Of a stretch of DNA of 64,000 nt, positions 40,940-53,215 are shown in pieces. The stretch's first letter is position 1. Each line of letters opens with the position of its first letter. The stretch is from the NCBI GenBank assembly GCA_014905635.1, contig JABVCE010000002.1, positions 2,480,001-2,544,000 of the forward strand. Reading direction: 5' to 3'. This DNA is from Scenedesmus sp. PABB004 (Eukaryota). Below the pieces are notes generated by a model that was given only the letters and a program-made list of their open reading frames with translations, searched no databases and had not been told where the DNA came from. The position numbers were made by a program, and so were the translations under genes.

Positions 40940-43900
40940 TCACCACCGCCCGCCCGCGCCGCCGGCCGCGCCGCCCGCGCCGCCCGCGGCGCGCGCGCGC
41001 GAGCTGTAGTACTCTGCCGCCAGCTCACGCAGGGCCGCCGCGGCCTGCGGGGACTGCTTGTCCACGAGCTTGCTGAACATCGACTCGCGGTTGTCCAGCA
41101 GCACAGAGGGCGGGGCCATCTCCTTGAGCACGCCCGCCTCCATCACGAGCACCTGGTCGGACTCGATGACGGTGTCGAGGCGGTGCGCGATGGTGAGCGT
41201 GGTGCGCTCGGAGAAGACGCGCTTGATGACCGCCTGCACCTCCTGCTCGGTGTGGGGGTCCATCGCCGCGGTCGCCTCGTCGAGGCAGAGCACGGGCACG
41301 TTGCGCAGCGCCGCGCGCGCGAGGCACATGAGCTGCTGCTGCCCGAGCGACCAGGCCTGGCCGCCGGTGCCGTCGACCTTGCCGTCGAGGCCGCCGCAGC
41401 TGCGGACCTGGCCCTCCAGGCCGGCCTTCTTGATGACCTCCCACATCGCGGTGTCGCTGAACTCGCCAAAGGGGTCCAGGTTGGTGCGCACGGTGCCGCT
41501 GAAGACGACGGGCTCCTGGGGGATGATGGACAGGCTGGTGCGCAGCTTGCGCAGGGCGAGGGACGCGACGTCGACGCCGTCGACGCGGATGGAGCCCTTG
41601 TCCAGCTCAAACATGCGGTACAGCGCCAGCAGCAGCGTGGACTTGCCGGAGCCGGTGCGGCCGACGACGCCCGCCTTCTCGGCGTGGTTCAGGCGGAACG
41701 TCACGCCTGCGCGCGGGTGGGAGGCGAGGCAGAGCGGGCGGGCGCGTGAGTGACGGGCGCCGGCGGGCTGCACACAAGCCAGGGCGCGCAGGCAGGGCGC
41801 GCGCGGCGCGGGCTGCAGGCGGCGGCGCGCACCCTTGAGCGCGTAGGGCGCGGACGGCAGGTACTTCATCCAGACGTTGTCAAACTCCACGGTGCCGCGG
41901 CGCGGCCAGCCGGCCGGCGCGCCGCCGTCGGGGCCGCGCGCGTCCACGAGCACCTTGCCGCCGGCCTCGACGTCCTTGCCGCCCTTGCCGCCGGCGGCGC
42001 CGTCGGGGTCGCTGTAGAGCGCGTCGCCCTCCTGCGGGGTCTTGGTGGCCAGCCAGCCGACCTTCTCAGTGGAGGCCATCATGGAGATGGCGTCGGCGGT
42101 GAAACGCACAGACCAGGTGTAGAACACGAGCATCTGCGCGCGGCGGCGGTGGTGCGGCGGCGGCGTGTCAGGCGCGCGGCGCGTCAGGCGCGTGGCTGGG
42201 CGCGGCGGGGCTGGACGCGGCGGGGCTGGGCGCGGCGGGGCTGGGCGCGGCGGGGCTGGGCGCGGCGGGGCTGGGCGCGGCGGGCTGGGCGCGGCGGGCT
42301 GGGCGCGTGGCCAGGCGCTGGCGGCGCGCAGGGCCAAGCGCGCGTGCTGCGCGCGGCGCGCGCGGCGGCGCACCTGGATGGTGTTGGAGAAGGCCAGGCC
42401 AACGGCGGCGGGGCCGAGGATGTCCTTCATGACCACGGCGAAGATGCAGACCGCGAGCACCAGGATGGCGCCGTAGAGGTCGCAGTAGAAGGCGAGCCAG
42501 AGGTTGAGCGACTCGGCGTTGAACAGCGCGCGGTGGTGCTCGTCGATCTTGCTGGCCGCGGTCGAGACAAAGTACTTGTTCTGGCCAAACGCGGTGATGA
42601 TGGGCAGGCCCTCCAGCGTCTCGGCGACCAGGCCGACCAGGTCGCCTGCGGCGCGGCGGCGGCGGGCGGCGGGCGCGGGTCAGGCGCGGCGCAGGCGCGG
42701 GCGCGCGCGTGCCGCGCGCGCGCGGTCCGAGGCTGCCCAGGGCCGGCGCACGCGGCGCCGCGGCGCCGCGGCGCTCGCGCCCGCGGCTCGCGCGGCTCGC
42801 GGCTCGCGCCGCCGCCGCACCCGCGGTCTCGGCGCGCGCGGCCTTGAGCGTCGTCGCTGCGGGGAGGTAGTAGCGGAGCATGAGCGCGGTGATGATGAAC
42901 AGCACGCCGCCAAACGCGGCAAAGTGCGGGATGGTCACGCTGACGGTGATGACGGTGGAGAGCATGATGAGGCCGTAGATGCCGAGGTAGTGCAGTGTGT
43001 CCATGAGGTTCTCGTCCAGGATGTCCTGGTCCTTGGTGAACGCGACGAGCATCTCGCCGACCGGGTTCTGCAGGAAGAAGCCCAGCGGCGCGTAGAGCAC
43101 GCTGCGCGGCGCGGCGCGGCACGCGGCATGCGGCGGGCGGTTAGCAGTCGGCGCGCCTGGCCCTCGCCGCCGCGCGGCCGGCCGCGCGCTCACGCGGCGC
43201 GCGCTCGCGCGGCGCGGCCGCGGCGCGTCTCTCACTTGTGGAGCATGTTGCGCTGCATCTTCTGCGCGCCCCAGAGGCCGGCCATGTGGAAGGTGTGGCC
43301 GCGCAGCAGCATGAGCGTCAGGAAGGCGAGCGTGAGCATGCCGTAGATGAACACGTACGCGGCGCCGGGGTAGGAGAAGCCGGGGAAGGGCACGCCGTTC
43401 TTGTACCACCCGCGCGTGTCGGCGGTCCACTGCCGGATCCTGAGGCGCGGCGGCGCGGCGGCGCGGGTGCGCGGGCGGGCGGTCAGCGGGCGGTCAGCGG
43501 CCGCGCGGCGCGGTCAGCGCGCGCGCGCGGGGCGCGGGGCGCGGGGCGCGGGGCGCGGGGCGCGGGGCGCGGGGCGCGGGGCGCGGGGCGCGGGGCGCGG
43601 GGCGCGCCGCTGCGCACCAGTAGTCGGAGATCTGGCGCGAGGTCTGGGCGGAAAGGAACCAGACGAGGGAGGCGATGCCGATGAGGGCGGACGGCCCGAG
43701 GCGCGCGAAGCGCACGTACGTCGCGCTGGCCTGGCCGAGCGTGAGCGAGGTGGTGGGGCGGTCCTTCTTCTTGCCCAGGTTGTCCTTGATGTTGGTGGCC
43801 GAGAGGGAGAGGCCGGAGCTGGACGCGCCGCTGGGCTTCTTCTTCTTGGCGGGCTCCTTGCGCTCCTCCGCGCCGCCGGCGGCGGCGAGCAGGTGGCTGG

Positions 43901-46733
43901 TGGGCAGCACCTTGCTGAGCAGCTGCTGGGCCTGCGCGTTCCAGGGTCCAAAGAAGATCATGTCGCCCTCGTCCATGATGGCCACCTTGTCGCACTCAGG
44001 CAGGAACTCCACCTGGTGCGTGATGAGCACGACCGCCTTCTCGCACATGCTGTCCTTGAGCAGGTTCTTGAAGATGTGGTGCGCGGTGTGGTGGTCGACG
44101 GCGGAGAGGGCATTGTCGAGCAGCACCAGGTCGCCGTTGAAGTAGGCCGCGCGCGCGAGGTTGAGGCGCTGGCGCTGGCCGCCAGACAGGTTGATGCCGC
44201 GCAGGCCGGCCTTGGACTGGTCGCCCTTGGGCAGGATCTGCAGGTCAAGCTCGAGCGCGCAGTCGTGGATGACCTGCGCGCGGCGCGGGGCGGCGGCGGC
44301 GCGTCAGCCGCCGAGCCAGGCTGCAGCTGCAGCGCCAGCCACAGCGCGCGCGCACGCGCACGCGCGCGCGCGCGGCCCGGCTGCAGTGCTGGCCCGCTGC
44401 GCGCTGCGCGCGGCTGCAGTGCTGGCCCGCTGCGCGCTGCGCGCGGCTGCAGTGCTGGCCCGCTGCGCGCTGCGCGCGGCTGCAGCGCTGGTGCCTGAGC
44501 GCGCTGCGCGCTGTGCGCGCCCGCAGCGGGCCAGGCCGCTCACCCGTGAGTAGCGCTCCTCATCGAGGGGCAGGCCGAAGAGGATGTTCTCGCGCAGGGT
44601 GAGGTTCTGGCACCAGGGGTTCTGGGGCACGAACGACACGCGGCCGCCGGTCTCGACGTGGCCCTGCACCGGGTCCATGTTGCCGAGGATGGCCTGGAAG
44701 AGGGAGGACTTGCCCGCGCCGACGCGGCCGACCACGGCCACCAGCTCGCCGGGGGCGGCGGTGAACTCGGGCACGTTGAGCGTGAAGTTGTCCTTGCCGT
44801 GGTGCTTGAACTGGGCGTTGCGCTGCGGGGCGGCAGCGGGCGGCGGGGCGATCAGCGCGCGCACACGGCGGGCGGGCGGGCGCGCGCGCGCGCGCGCGGC
44901 TGGCGCGCCCGCAGGCCCGGCGCGTGCGCGGCAGGCGCAGCACTCACGATCTTGACGCCCGCGCGGGTGGACTTGCGCGCGCCCTCGGCGTCGGTGGGCA
45001 CGTGCTCGAGCAGGAAGGCCTCGACGCGCGCGATGGAGGCGAGGCACTCGGACAGCGCGCGCAGCGCCTTGGGCAGCACGACGAGCGGGAAGCGCAGGAT
45101 GTTGAACAGCGAGAGCGTCGTGAACGCGAGCGTCGGGACGAGGCGGCCGACCATGAGCTCGTAGCACGCGAAGATGACGCACGCGGTCATGGGCGGCGTG
45201 CCGAAGACCATGGTGATGTTGATGTTTTTGATGTGCGCGTTGCGCCAGTGGATGGCCATCTCGCGCTTGCGCACCTTGTTGATCTCGTCCTCGAAGAACT
45301 GCTCCCTGCGCGGCGGGACGCGCGGCGCGGCGCGGCGGGGCGGCGGGGCGGGGCGGCGCGGCGGCAGGCGGGTCAGTCGGCCGGCAGCGCGGGCGACGCG
45401 CGGCGGGCAGGCGTGCGGCGCGGGCACGGCAGGCAGCAGGCCAGACGCGTGCGCGCGCCGCAGCAGGCCCGCCCGGCGTGCGGCGCCGCGGGCGCACCAG
45501 GCATAGTACTTGACCAGCTTCATGGCGGGGAGGATCTCCTGGATGATGCCGCCGCGCTCCTGGGTGTTCTTGGCGTTGGCGATCTTGTTCTTGATGATTT
45601 TCCAGCCGAAGAGGTACTGGGCGGGCAGGACGATGCAGATGACGCCCCAGCCGGGGAGGGCGTAGACCTTGACGAGGATGGCGAGGATGGTGAGGATGGC
45701 GCCGGCCTCGATCGGCGCCGTCCAGAGGTAGTGGATCTCCTGGCAGCCGTCGTAGATCTTGGAGATGTCGGACGCCATGAACGACACGGCGTCGGACGCC
45801 ATGTCCTTGTCGATGGTGGCCATGTTGAAGCACTTCTTGCAGACGGCGTTGCAGAGCGCGGCGCGGATGCGGATGCCGACCGTCATGCAGCCGTAGCCCA
45901 TGCGCTGCAGCATCACGCCTGCGCGCGGGCGGGCGGCGGGCGGCGGCGGGCGGCGTCAGGGGCGGGGCGGGGGGGGGGGGGGGGGGGGGGGCTGCCGCGC
46001 GCAGGCCAGGCCGCGCGCGGCGCGCGAGCCGCCTGCGCGCGCTGCCAGCTCGGCGCGGCGCGCGCTGCCAGCCCGGCGCGGCGCGCAGGGTGGGCGGTTC
46101 ACCGAGGAGCCAGGCGTCGACGAAGAAGGTGGCGGTGAGGATCCAGCCCGTGGAGTAGCGGTTGAAGGGGGCCTCGTTGTTGACAAACTGCAGCAGCGAG
46201 CGAATGAAGAAGAAGGCGCCCGAGATGACGCTGCGGGGCGGCGGCGGCAGGGGAGGAGAGCGGCGGCGGGGCGGCGGCAGCGGCGGCGCGTCAGGCAGGG
46301 CGGCCGCGGAGGCGGCGGCGCGGCCGGCGGCGCGCGGGGCGGCGCGCGCCGCGCTGCGCGCGGCGGCGCGCGGCCCCGTGGCGCGGCGCGGCGCGCGGCG
46401 GCTCGCCGCGGCACGCGCATTGGGCGGCCCGGCGCGGGGGGAGGCTCACCAGATCGACCAGACGAGCTTGAAAAGGCCCGCGAGCATGAGGTCCTTGCCG
46501 AAGGTGCGCCAGAGGACCTTGCGCAGGTTGGGCGCGCCCGCCTTGACCGCGGCGCTCCAGTTGGCGTTGAACTCGTCGTACGCGACGTCCGCGGTCTGAG
46601 GCGTGGGCAGCGGGAGCTCGTGGACGACCACGTCCCCCGTCTTGGCCTTCTTGACGACGCCGTTCATCCAGCCAAAGCTCAGCTTGTTGAAGAACCCGCT
46701 CGTGGCGGCATCGGGGCAGCCGGCGTGCCCCAT
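40940..46733 (-). CDS. HLA3: ABCC/MRP transporter, HLA3-like (putative bicarbonate transporter), copy 1, complete
   Basis: TMD-NBD-TMD-NBD. Motifs LQRMGY, HYLWTAP, KLVKYYAW^EQFF, FTTLSLFNILRFPLVVLPKA, GRVGAGKSS, LSGGQRQR, LLDNALSAVDHHTAHHIF, FTKDQDILDENL, GRTGSGKST, DGTGGQAWSLGQ and LDEATAAMDPHTE agree closely with Chlamydomonas HLA3 as recalled (not searched). Confidence 0.88.
42194..42303. repeat. Intronic 15-bp minisatellite (GGCTGGGCGCGGCGG), 6-7 units
   Basis: Direct reading. Confidence 0.9.
43529..43605. repeat. Intronic (GGGGCGC)n, about 11 units
   Basis: Direct reading. Confidence 0.9.
44379..44487. repeat. Intronic 33-bp tandem repeat, about 3 units
   Basis: ggctgcagtgctggcccgctgcgcgctgcgcgc three times; single-copy counterpart at about 63145-63170. 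Confidence 0.9.
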
Positions 46734-47267
46734 GGCGTCGCGAGCGGCGCGCGCGGGCCGGGGGACGGAATTGACTGCCGCCTGGCGCGCGGTGGGGCGC
46801 CTGCTGGCCGTCGCGCGCAGGTTGTGGGCGCTCGCGGTGACAGGGCGGCCTATAAGCGGCCAGCGAGGGCGTTCGCGTTGGAGGGCTGAGTGTCATGCTC
46901 CAACCTGAGACCTCGGTCGCCAACGCGCGCAATCGACCCGTCGACGCGCCGACCGACACGAGATATCGATGCCCGTTTCATCGTGGAGGCGCCGGGCCCG
47001 CTGCGGTGGTGCAAGTGTGGCGGCGGCGGCGGCGGCGACGCGTCACAGCTTCATGCCTCGAACCGGGCCAGGAGCAGCCCTGCACGCCCCGCAGTCAGGC
47101 CATGCATGGCATGCGGCCGCTAACTAGAGTGCGCCGCGCGCTGGAGCAGGCGCAGGCCGGCAGCGCCGCCGGCGTGGCAGCGGCGGCCGGGACGGCGCCG
47201 GTGTGGCGTCCGCGGCGCGCCGGGGCCGACAACGCTGCGCGCCACGTCACCAGGGCGCGCACCGCGA

Positions 47268-49307
47268 TCAGCCGCGCGCGGCCCTAGCACCGCCGCTGCC
47301 GCCGCCGCTGCCGGCGCCGCTGCTGCCGGCGGTGCCGCCGCCCAGCTGCCGCCCGCGCCGCTCGGCCGCGAGCGCCGCCAGCGCGGCGACCAGCGCGTCG
47401 CACTCGGCGTCGGTGTTGTAGAACGCCACGCTCGCCCGCACGACCTCCGCCAGCCCGCGGGCCTGGAAGTCGACCAGGCTCGACCCAGCGGCGCTGACCG
47501 AGACGTTGATGGGCGGGCGCCGGGCCGACAGCCACTCCCGCACCGCGCCCGCGTCGGGCTCGCAGGCGAGCGTGAAGCTCACGATGCCGCACAGCGTGCG
47601 GCCCCGGTCGTGCAGGGCCAGCCCCGGCACGCGCGCCGCCAGCTGCCGCCGCAGCCGCGCGGCGAGCGCCTGCGTGCGGCGCCAGCAGCGCTCCACGCCC
47701 GCGTCCAGGCAGCAGCGCACCGCGGCGCCAAAGCCCGCCTGCGGGCGGACCGGCGCGGGCGGCGGGCGGCTGCGAGTCGGCCCGGCCCGGCGGGCGGCGA
47801 CCGGGCGCCTGCGCGCAGCCCCGCGCAGCGCCGCGCGGCCGGCCGGCGCCAAACGCACCTTGGCAGCCATGCTGATCTCATACTGCTCGTACCGCGCCGC
47901 CCCTGGCGCGAGCGCGTAGCAATCCCCGCCGCCGCTCGGGCTCGCGGCGAGCCAGCGCGCGCCGTGGACGTCGATCACGGCCGGCTCCCAGCCGCGCCCC
48001 GGGGCGAGCGCGGGCTTGGCGCTGGCGCTGCGGGCATATAGGAAGCCGACGCCGCGCGGGCCGCGCAGGTACTTGCGGCTCGTGCCTGTGAGAGCAGAGG
48101 GAGAGAGGGAGAGGGCGAGAGGGAGGGTCGAGCGCGCAGGTCGCGGGGCGCACACGCTGCAGCAGGCGCGCGGCTGGTCCGCGGCTGGTCTGCGCCGGTC
48201 CGCGGCGCCGCCGGGACTGGCGCCGCGCCGGGGCCACCCACCCACCGGTGAGGAAATCGCAGCGCAGCGCCTCGACGTCCAGCGGCACCTGGCCCGCCGA
48301 CTGGCACGCGTCCAGCAGGTACGGCACGCCCGCGGCCTCGCACGCGGCACCCACCTGCCCGCGCGGCGCGCGGCCGGGGCGCGCGTCGGCGCCGCGGGCG
48401 CCGCACGCCGTGGCCAGCGCGGCGCGGCGTGCGCGCACCGCCTCTGCGTCGTACACCCTGCCAGAGCTTGTTGGAATGTGGGTGACAGCGACGAGCACCG
48501 GCCGAGGCTGCGGGGCGGCGCGCGTGGCGGGGGCATCTCAAGGCTGCGTCGCGGGCGCTGCCCTCCAGGCGCCGCCGGCTGCAGGGCGTGCGCGAGCCCC
48601 GCACCGTCTGCGCGAGCGCGCGCGTGAGGTGTGGAATGCTGATGTCGCCGTCGGGCGTTTCTGGCACGACCTGGATGACGCAGCCGCTGCGCTTCGCCGC
48701 CTGCGGCCGGCGCAGCGCTCGGCGCCGCGGCGCGCTCGCGCCTGTGCCTAAGGGTCTGGACGGGGAGGCTGGAGCCCCCTCCTCCGCGCTCGCCTCCGCA
48801 CCTGGAGCATTGCGAGAAAGTTGGAGCCATACTCGGCAACCGACGTCAGCACCACGTCGCCGGCGGTCAGCGGGACGCCGCCAAACACCTGCGCCCAGGC
48901 CGCGGTCGCGCTGCCGACGATGGCAACCTCGTCGGGGCGGCAGTTCAGCAGCGCCGCCAGCGCCGTGTAGGGAACCTGCAGCTCAGCCGCCCGCCTGCCG
49001 CAAACGTCGGCCGGCGGCGGCCGCGCAGGGCACATTCGCCGCTGTCGGCGGCGCGCGCAGCAGCCGCGCAGCAGCCGCGCCGGCCCGATCAGCGCCCGCA
49101 CCGCCGCGCGGTCTCGTAGCCTCCGCTCGACGCCTCCTCCGTCACCCAGCTCTGCACGGTCTCCACCACGCGGCTGGGCTGCAGCGCAGCCCCGGCGTTG
49201 TTCAGGTGAATCACGCGGCCGACACCCGGCGTCTCGCGCCGCGCGCTCCGCCACCACGCCTCCTCCTCACGCTCCTGCCCTGCCAGGGCGGAGGCGGCTC
49301 CGCCCAT
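47268..49307 (-). CDS. Class V PLP-dependent enzyme (cysteine desulfurase/EgtE-like C-S lyase family)
   Basis: IHLNNAGAALQP, GGYE, VGSATAAW, TSVAEYGSN, VTHIPTSSG, LLDACQSAGQVPLDV...CDFLT^GTSRKYLRGPRGVGFLY (PLP lysine), GIVSF, VRASVAFYNT. Confidence 0.9.
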
Positions 49308-49629
49308 GGGCCAGGGCTGCGGGTGTGGCGGGGGCTTCGGGTGTAGCGGGGCTGCGGGTGTGGCCGCTCGAGCGGCGCGCGGCGGCGAGCAGCGGCGGCG
49401 CGCGCTGCGTCACTGCGGTTCCAGTTCAGGTCGCGGGCACGCCTGTGCTGGCGCGTCGCCTCACGCTCGATCCCTCGCCACACCCGTGTCGCGCGCGGAG
49501 TCCCTCGCGCACCGCCGCCGCCGCGCACGACGGAGCGCCGCTGCCGCTGCAGCTGCGCTCCGCCCGGCACCGCGCGCGCCAGCTGCTGCGCCACGTCGCG
49601 CTCCCGGTGCAGCGATCTCGTGGCGTAGC

Positions 49630-51547
49630 ATGGCCGCAGCCGCAGACGCTGCCGCGGCAGCGGCACCGGCGGCGGAGGAGCAGCAGCGGGCGCCGCCGTC
49701 CCTCGACCGCATCTCGCCGCTGTGCAGGCTCTTTCTCCGCCAGGAGTGGGCGAAAATTGACCCAGGTGATGACAGCAAAGCACAGCCCCGGTGGCGCCCG
49801 CGGCCGCCGCTGCGCCCACTGCCCCGCGCCCCCGCGCGCCCGCGCGCAGCGCTGCCCCGCATGCTCGACGTGCTGACCGAGGTCGGCTCCGCCGAGTGCT
49901 TCCACAAAAAGTCAACGTTCAAGGCGCGCGCCGGCGCGACCGTGGCGCGCGGGGCCGCCGCGCGGCCGGGGGCCGGCCGCGTGCGCCGCGCGTGACCGTG
50001 GCCGCGCCGCGCCGGCGCAGGCGCACCTGGTGGAAGTCTACAAGATGCTCAAGCTCTGGGGTGCCAGCGACGCCATCGCGCGCTGCGGGCTCATGCACAG
50101 TGCGCGCTGCGAGCGCTGCGCGCGTCCGGCCGGGCGTGGGCCGCGCCGCCTCGCCCGCGCCCTGCCTCGCCCCGCCCCCGCTGACCCGCCGCGTGCCGCG
50201 CGGCGCGCGTGCGCCGTGCGCCTGTGCCTCCAGGCGCATACTCCAATAGCTTTGTCAACCTCGCAATTTTCAAGCCCGACGTCGAGCGCCGCCGCGTGGC
50301 GGAGCTGATCGGGGACGCGGCGGAGGAGCTGACGCACCTCTTTTGCGTGGTGCGCGGCCCGCTGCAGGCCACGCCGCGCAGCGCCCGCGTCGCGCGCCGC
50401 CGCGCCGGCGGCCTCCGCGGCGGCCGCCAGCGCCCGCGCCGCGCCCCCAGCCAGCGCCACGCCGCGCCAGGTGCCGCGGCAGCGGCTCATCCAGGTGGAG
50501 CTGCTCGACGCGCAGCCGCTGGGCACCGCCGCGCTGGAGGCGCCCCCGGGGGGCATGACCGTGCCCCACATCCGCACCGGGGAGCCGCTGCATGTGAGCA
50601 CGTACCACCTCGCCGTGTTCCTGCTGATGACGATGGTTGACTTTGCAGAGCAGGCACGCGCGACTGCTTGCGGCGGCGCGCGACTGCTTGCGGCGGCGCG
50701 CGACTGCTTGCGGCGGCGGCGCGCGCGTTTGCTGCGGCGCACACGCCGCGCCGGCGGCCGGCTGAGCGCGCCGCGCCCCGCGAGCGCCCTGCGCACGCGC
50801 CGCAGCTCTACTCGTGGCAGGACTGCATGTTTGGCAACACCGACGGCCGGCTGCGCCTCGAGGGCGCGCCGCACCCGGAGCCGCGCTTCCTCTGGCCGGG
50901 GCCGATGCGGCCGGGCCTGTGGATGAGCGCCGGTGCGCTGGCCAGGGGGTGCCGGGTGGCGCGCGGCATCGGAGGGCGTCCGAGGGAGGCCGCGCCCGCG
51001 CCCACGCCCGCGCCCGCGCCCGCGCCCGCGCCTGCGCCCGCGCCCGCCGCGCCGTGCAGTGAGCCGCATGGGCCAGCTGTACATGTCGTGCCGGCGGCAG
51101 CTCATTGAGGCGGGCGACGCGCGCGTCAGCGACCTGCCTGTGCCGCCGGTCTTTGACGGCTGCAGCTGCGTGCTGCCGGAGGCCGACCAGGAGGCCGCGC
51201 GCGACGCGTATTGGGCGGCCGTGTCCGACGTTGACGCGCAGGGCCCCGGCCACGCGGACGCGGCCGCCGCCGCGCTGCGCCGCGCGGCCGAGCTCAACCC
51301 CTGGGCGGGCGAGCCGCGGCTCATGCTCGCGCAGCTGCACCTGCACGCCGAGCGCTGGCGCGACGCGGCGGACGAGGCCGCCAAGGCGCTGGACCTGCTC
51401 TGCGCCTGGGGGACGGCGTACGACAAGCGGATGAGCTGGGACGCGTGGGTCGCGTTCGCGCGGGTGTGCCTCGAGGGCGCGCAGGCGCGCAGCTGGCCCG
51501 GCACGCCGATGGGCATGCTCTCGCTCGGGCTCGTCCAGGGGTTGTGA
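49630..51547 (+). CDS. DUF6817-like (HD-like) domain plus TPR-like protein, plant-conserved type
   Basis: ECFHKKSTFK^AHLVEVYKMLKLWG...CGLMHS^AYSNSFVNLAIF...LIGDAAEELTHLFCV^VPRQ; LWPGPMRPGLWMS; VPPVFDGC; NPWAGEP; WGTAYDKRMSWDAWVA; MLSLGLVQGL*. Confidence 0.8.
50657..50718. repeat. Intronic 20-bp tandem repeat, 3 units
   Basis: cgcgcgactgcttgcggcgg three times, immediately after a GC donor. Confidence 0.9.
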
Positions 51548-51879
51548 CTTTTCGCGACGTCGCCGCACGCTCTACGTGTGTTCGAGGGCGGGCTGGCTCA
51601 AACGGGCTTGCTTGGAGACGTTGCTGGCAGCCGGGCGGCCGGTCGGGCGGCGGCGGCGCAGTGCCGCCGCGCCCGCGTGAGTGCAACAGTGCGCACGCCC
51701 TGCTGCCGCCCGGACAAACAAGCTCCCCGCGCGATCGTTGCGCCCCCCTTGCGATGGCCGGGCTGCCGCGAGGAGCAGCAGCCGGGCCGCGCCGCAGCAG
51801 CAGCAGTCGCGAGTGCCCGAGCCGCCGTGCCGCGCACACGAGCTCCCCCGCCCGGCAGCTGCCACGAACGCATAAACCT

Positions 51880-52912
51880 ATGGCATACACCAACCCAGCG
51901 CTGTTCAGCTCGGACGACCAGGTGTGTGCGCCGCAGCGGCGGCAGCCGCCGCTGTCAGCTGCACCGACCCCGCCGCCGCGGCAGTTTTCTGAGCGAGTGT
52001 ACTGGGACAATCGCTACAAGTCCGACCCGACGACGTTTGAATGGTACTTAAGCTTCAAAACGATGCAGCCGGTGCTGGACCGGTGCGTCAGCCAGCGCGC
52101 CGGCGCCGCGCCGCGCCGCGCCGCGCCGCGCCGCCCGCCCGGCACCCACCCCACGCGCCCGGCAGGCACCTGCCCAAGGACCAGCACCTGCTGCAGCTCG
52201 GCGTGGGCACGTCGCGCCTGCAGGTCGACATGGCCGACGCGGGCTGGCGGCGCGTCACGTCGACCGACTTCAGCACCGTCGCGGTGGAGCGCATGCAGGG
52301 GCTGTACGCCGGCTACGAGGGCCGCCTGGACTACGAGGTCGCCGACGCGCGGCGCATGCCCCAGTTCACCGACGGCACGTACGGCGGCGTGCTGGACAAG
52401 GGCTGCCTCGACGCGCTGCTCTGTGGCGACGCCGCCGACGCCGACGCGGCCGCGCTGCTGCGCGAGGCGTGGCGCGTGCTGCGGCCGGGCGCCGCGTACG
52501 TGTGGGTGACGTCGGGTGCGCCCGCGGGCGCGCACGCGCGCGGGGGTCTCTGCGCGCCCTGCCTGGCGGCCCGAGGCCGCCATCGCTACGCGCGCCCGCG
52601 CGCGCCGCCGGGCCACGCGTCCGCGTCCGCCGCCGCCGCCGCCGCGCAGGCGGGCCGCGCGCGCGGCTGCCCTTCCTCGTCTCGCCCGCGACCCCCTGGG
52701 CGTCGCTGCAGGTCAGCGAGCTCGGGCAGCAGGGCGTGCTGGCGGGGCCGTTTGAGTGCAGCGGCTGGCGCGGCGACGCGGACAGCGACGCAGGAGGCGA
52801 CGAGCAGCTGCGGGAGGCGCTGCAGCTGCCGCGCGGGGGCTACAGCCACATGGCATACGTCTGCGTCAAGCCGCGGGCTGACCAGGCGGCTGGTCAGGAC
52901 GCGAGCCTTTGA
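51880..52912 (+). CDS. Class I SAM-dependent methyltransferase (METTL13 N-terminal/EEF1AKMT4-like)
   Basis: YWDNRYKSDPTTFEWY, LQLGVGTSRL, TDFSTVAV, ADARRM, LDKGCLDALLCG, RVLRPG; stop at 52912. Confidence 0.88.
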
Positions 52913-53215
52913 GGGTGCGTCGTTTCAGGCGCCAAGGCATCCACACGCACGCACCGTCAATGCAATCCAGGTGCACACGCTCGCCGGCGAGCGAGCGTGC
53001 ACGCGCAGAGATAGAGAGAGGGAGAGAGGAGAGACAAGGCAGGCAGGCGTGCATGCCGCTGCGAGTGCGCAGCGCGGTTGGTGCAGTGCAAAGGCATTTG
53101 TTGTATTGGGTTGCCAACCCACAGCGGCTGTCAATTGTTTGTGCGCGTGCAAGCAAAAACCTAGGCCTAAGTGATGACAGTGCAATGCACAGGCAGACGC
53201 GCGCACGCCCAAGAG

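Noticed and set aside
30884..45991. Homopolymer G/C runs at about 30884, 36766 and 45968
   Set aside because: Ordinary intronic homopolymers whose lengths are unreliable in assemblies.
46849..46856. TATA-like ctataag upstream of HLA3-like copy 1
   Set aside because: TATAA reads on the strand opposite the gene, and there is no TSS evidence.
44379..50718. Short direct repeats as possible CRISPR arrays
   Set aside because: Head-to-tail with no spacers, intronic, eukaryotic context and no cas genes.
47268..52912. Ergothioneine biosynthesis cluster (EgtE plus EgtD)
   Set aside because: The methyltransferase has METTL13/EEF1AKMT4-type motifs rather than EgtD, and no EgtB/Egt1 sulfoxide synthase is in the window.
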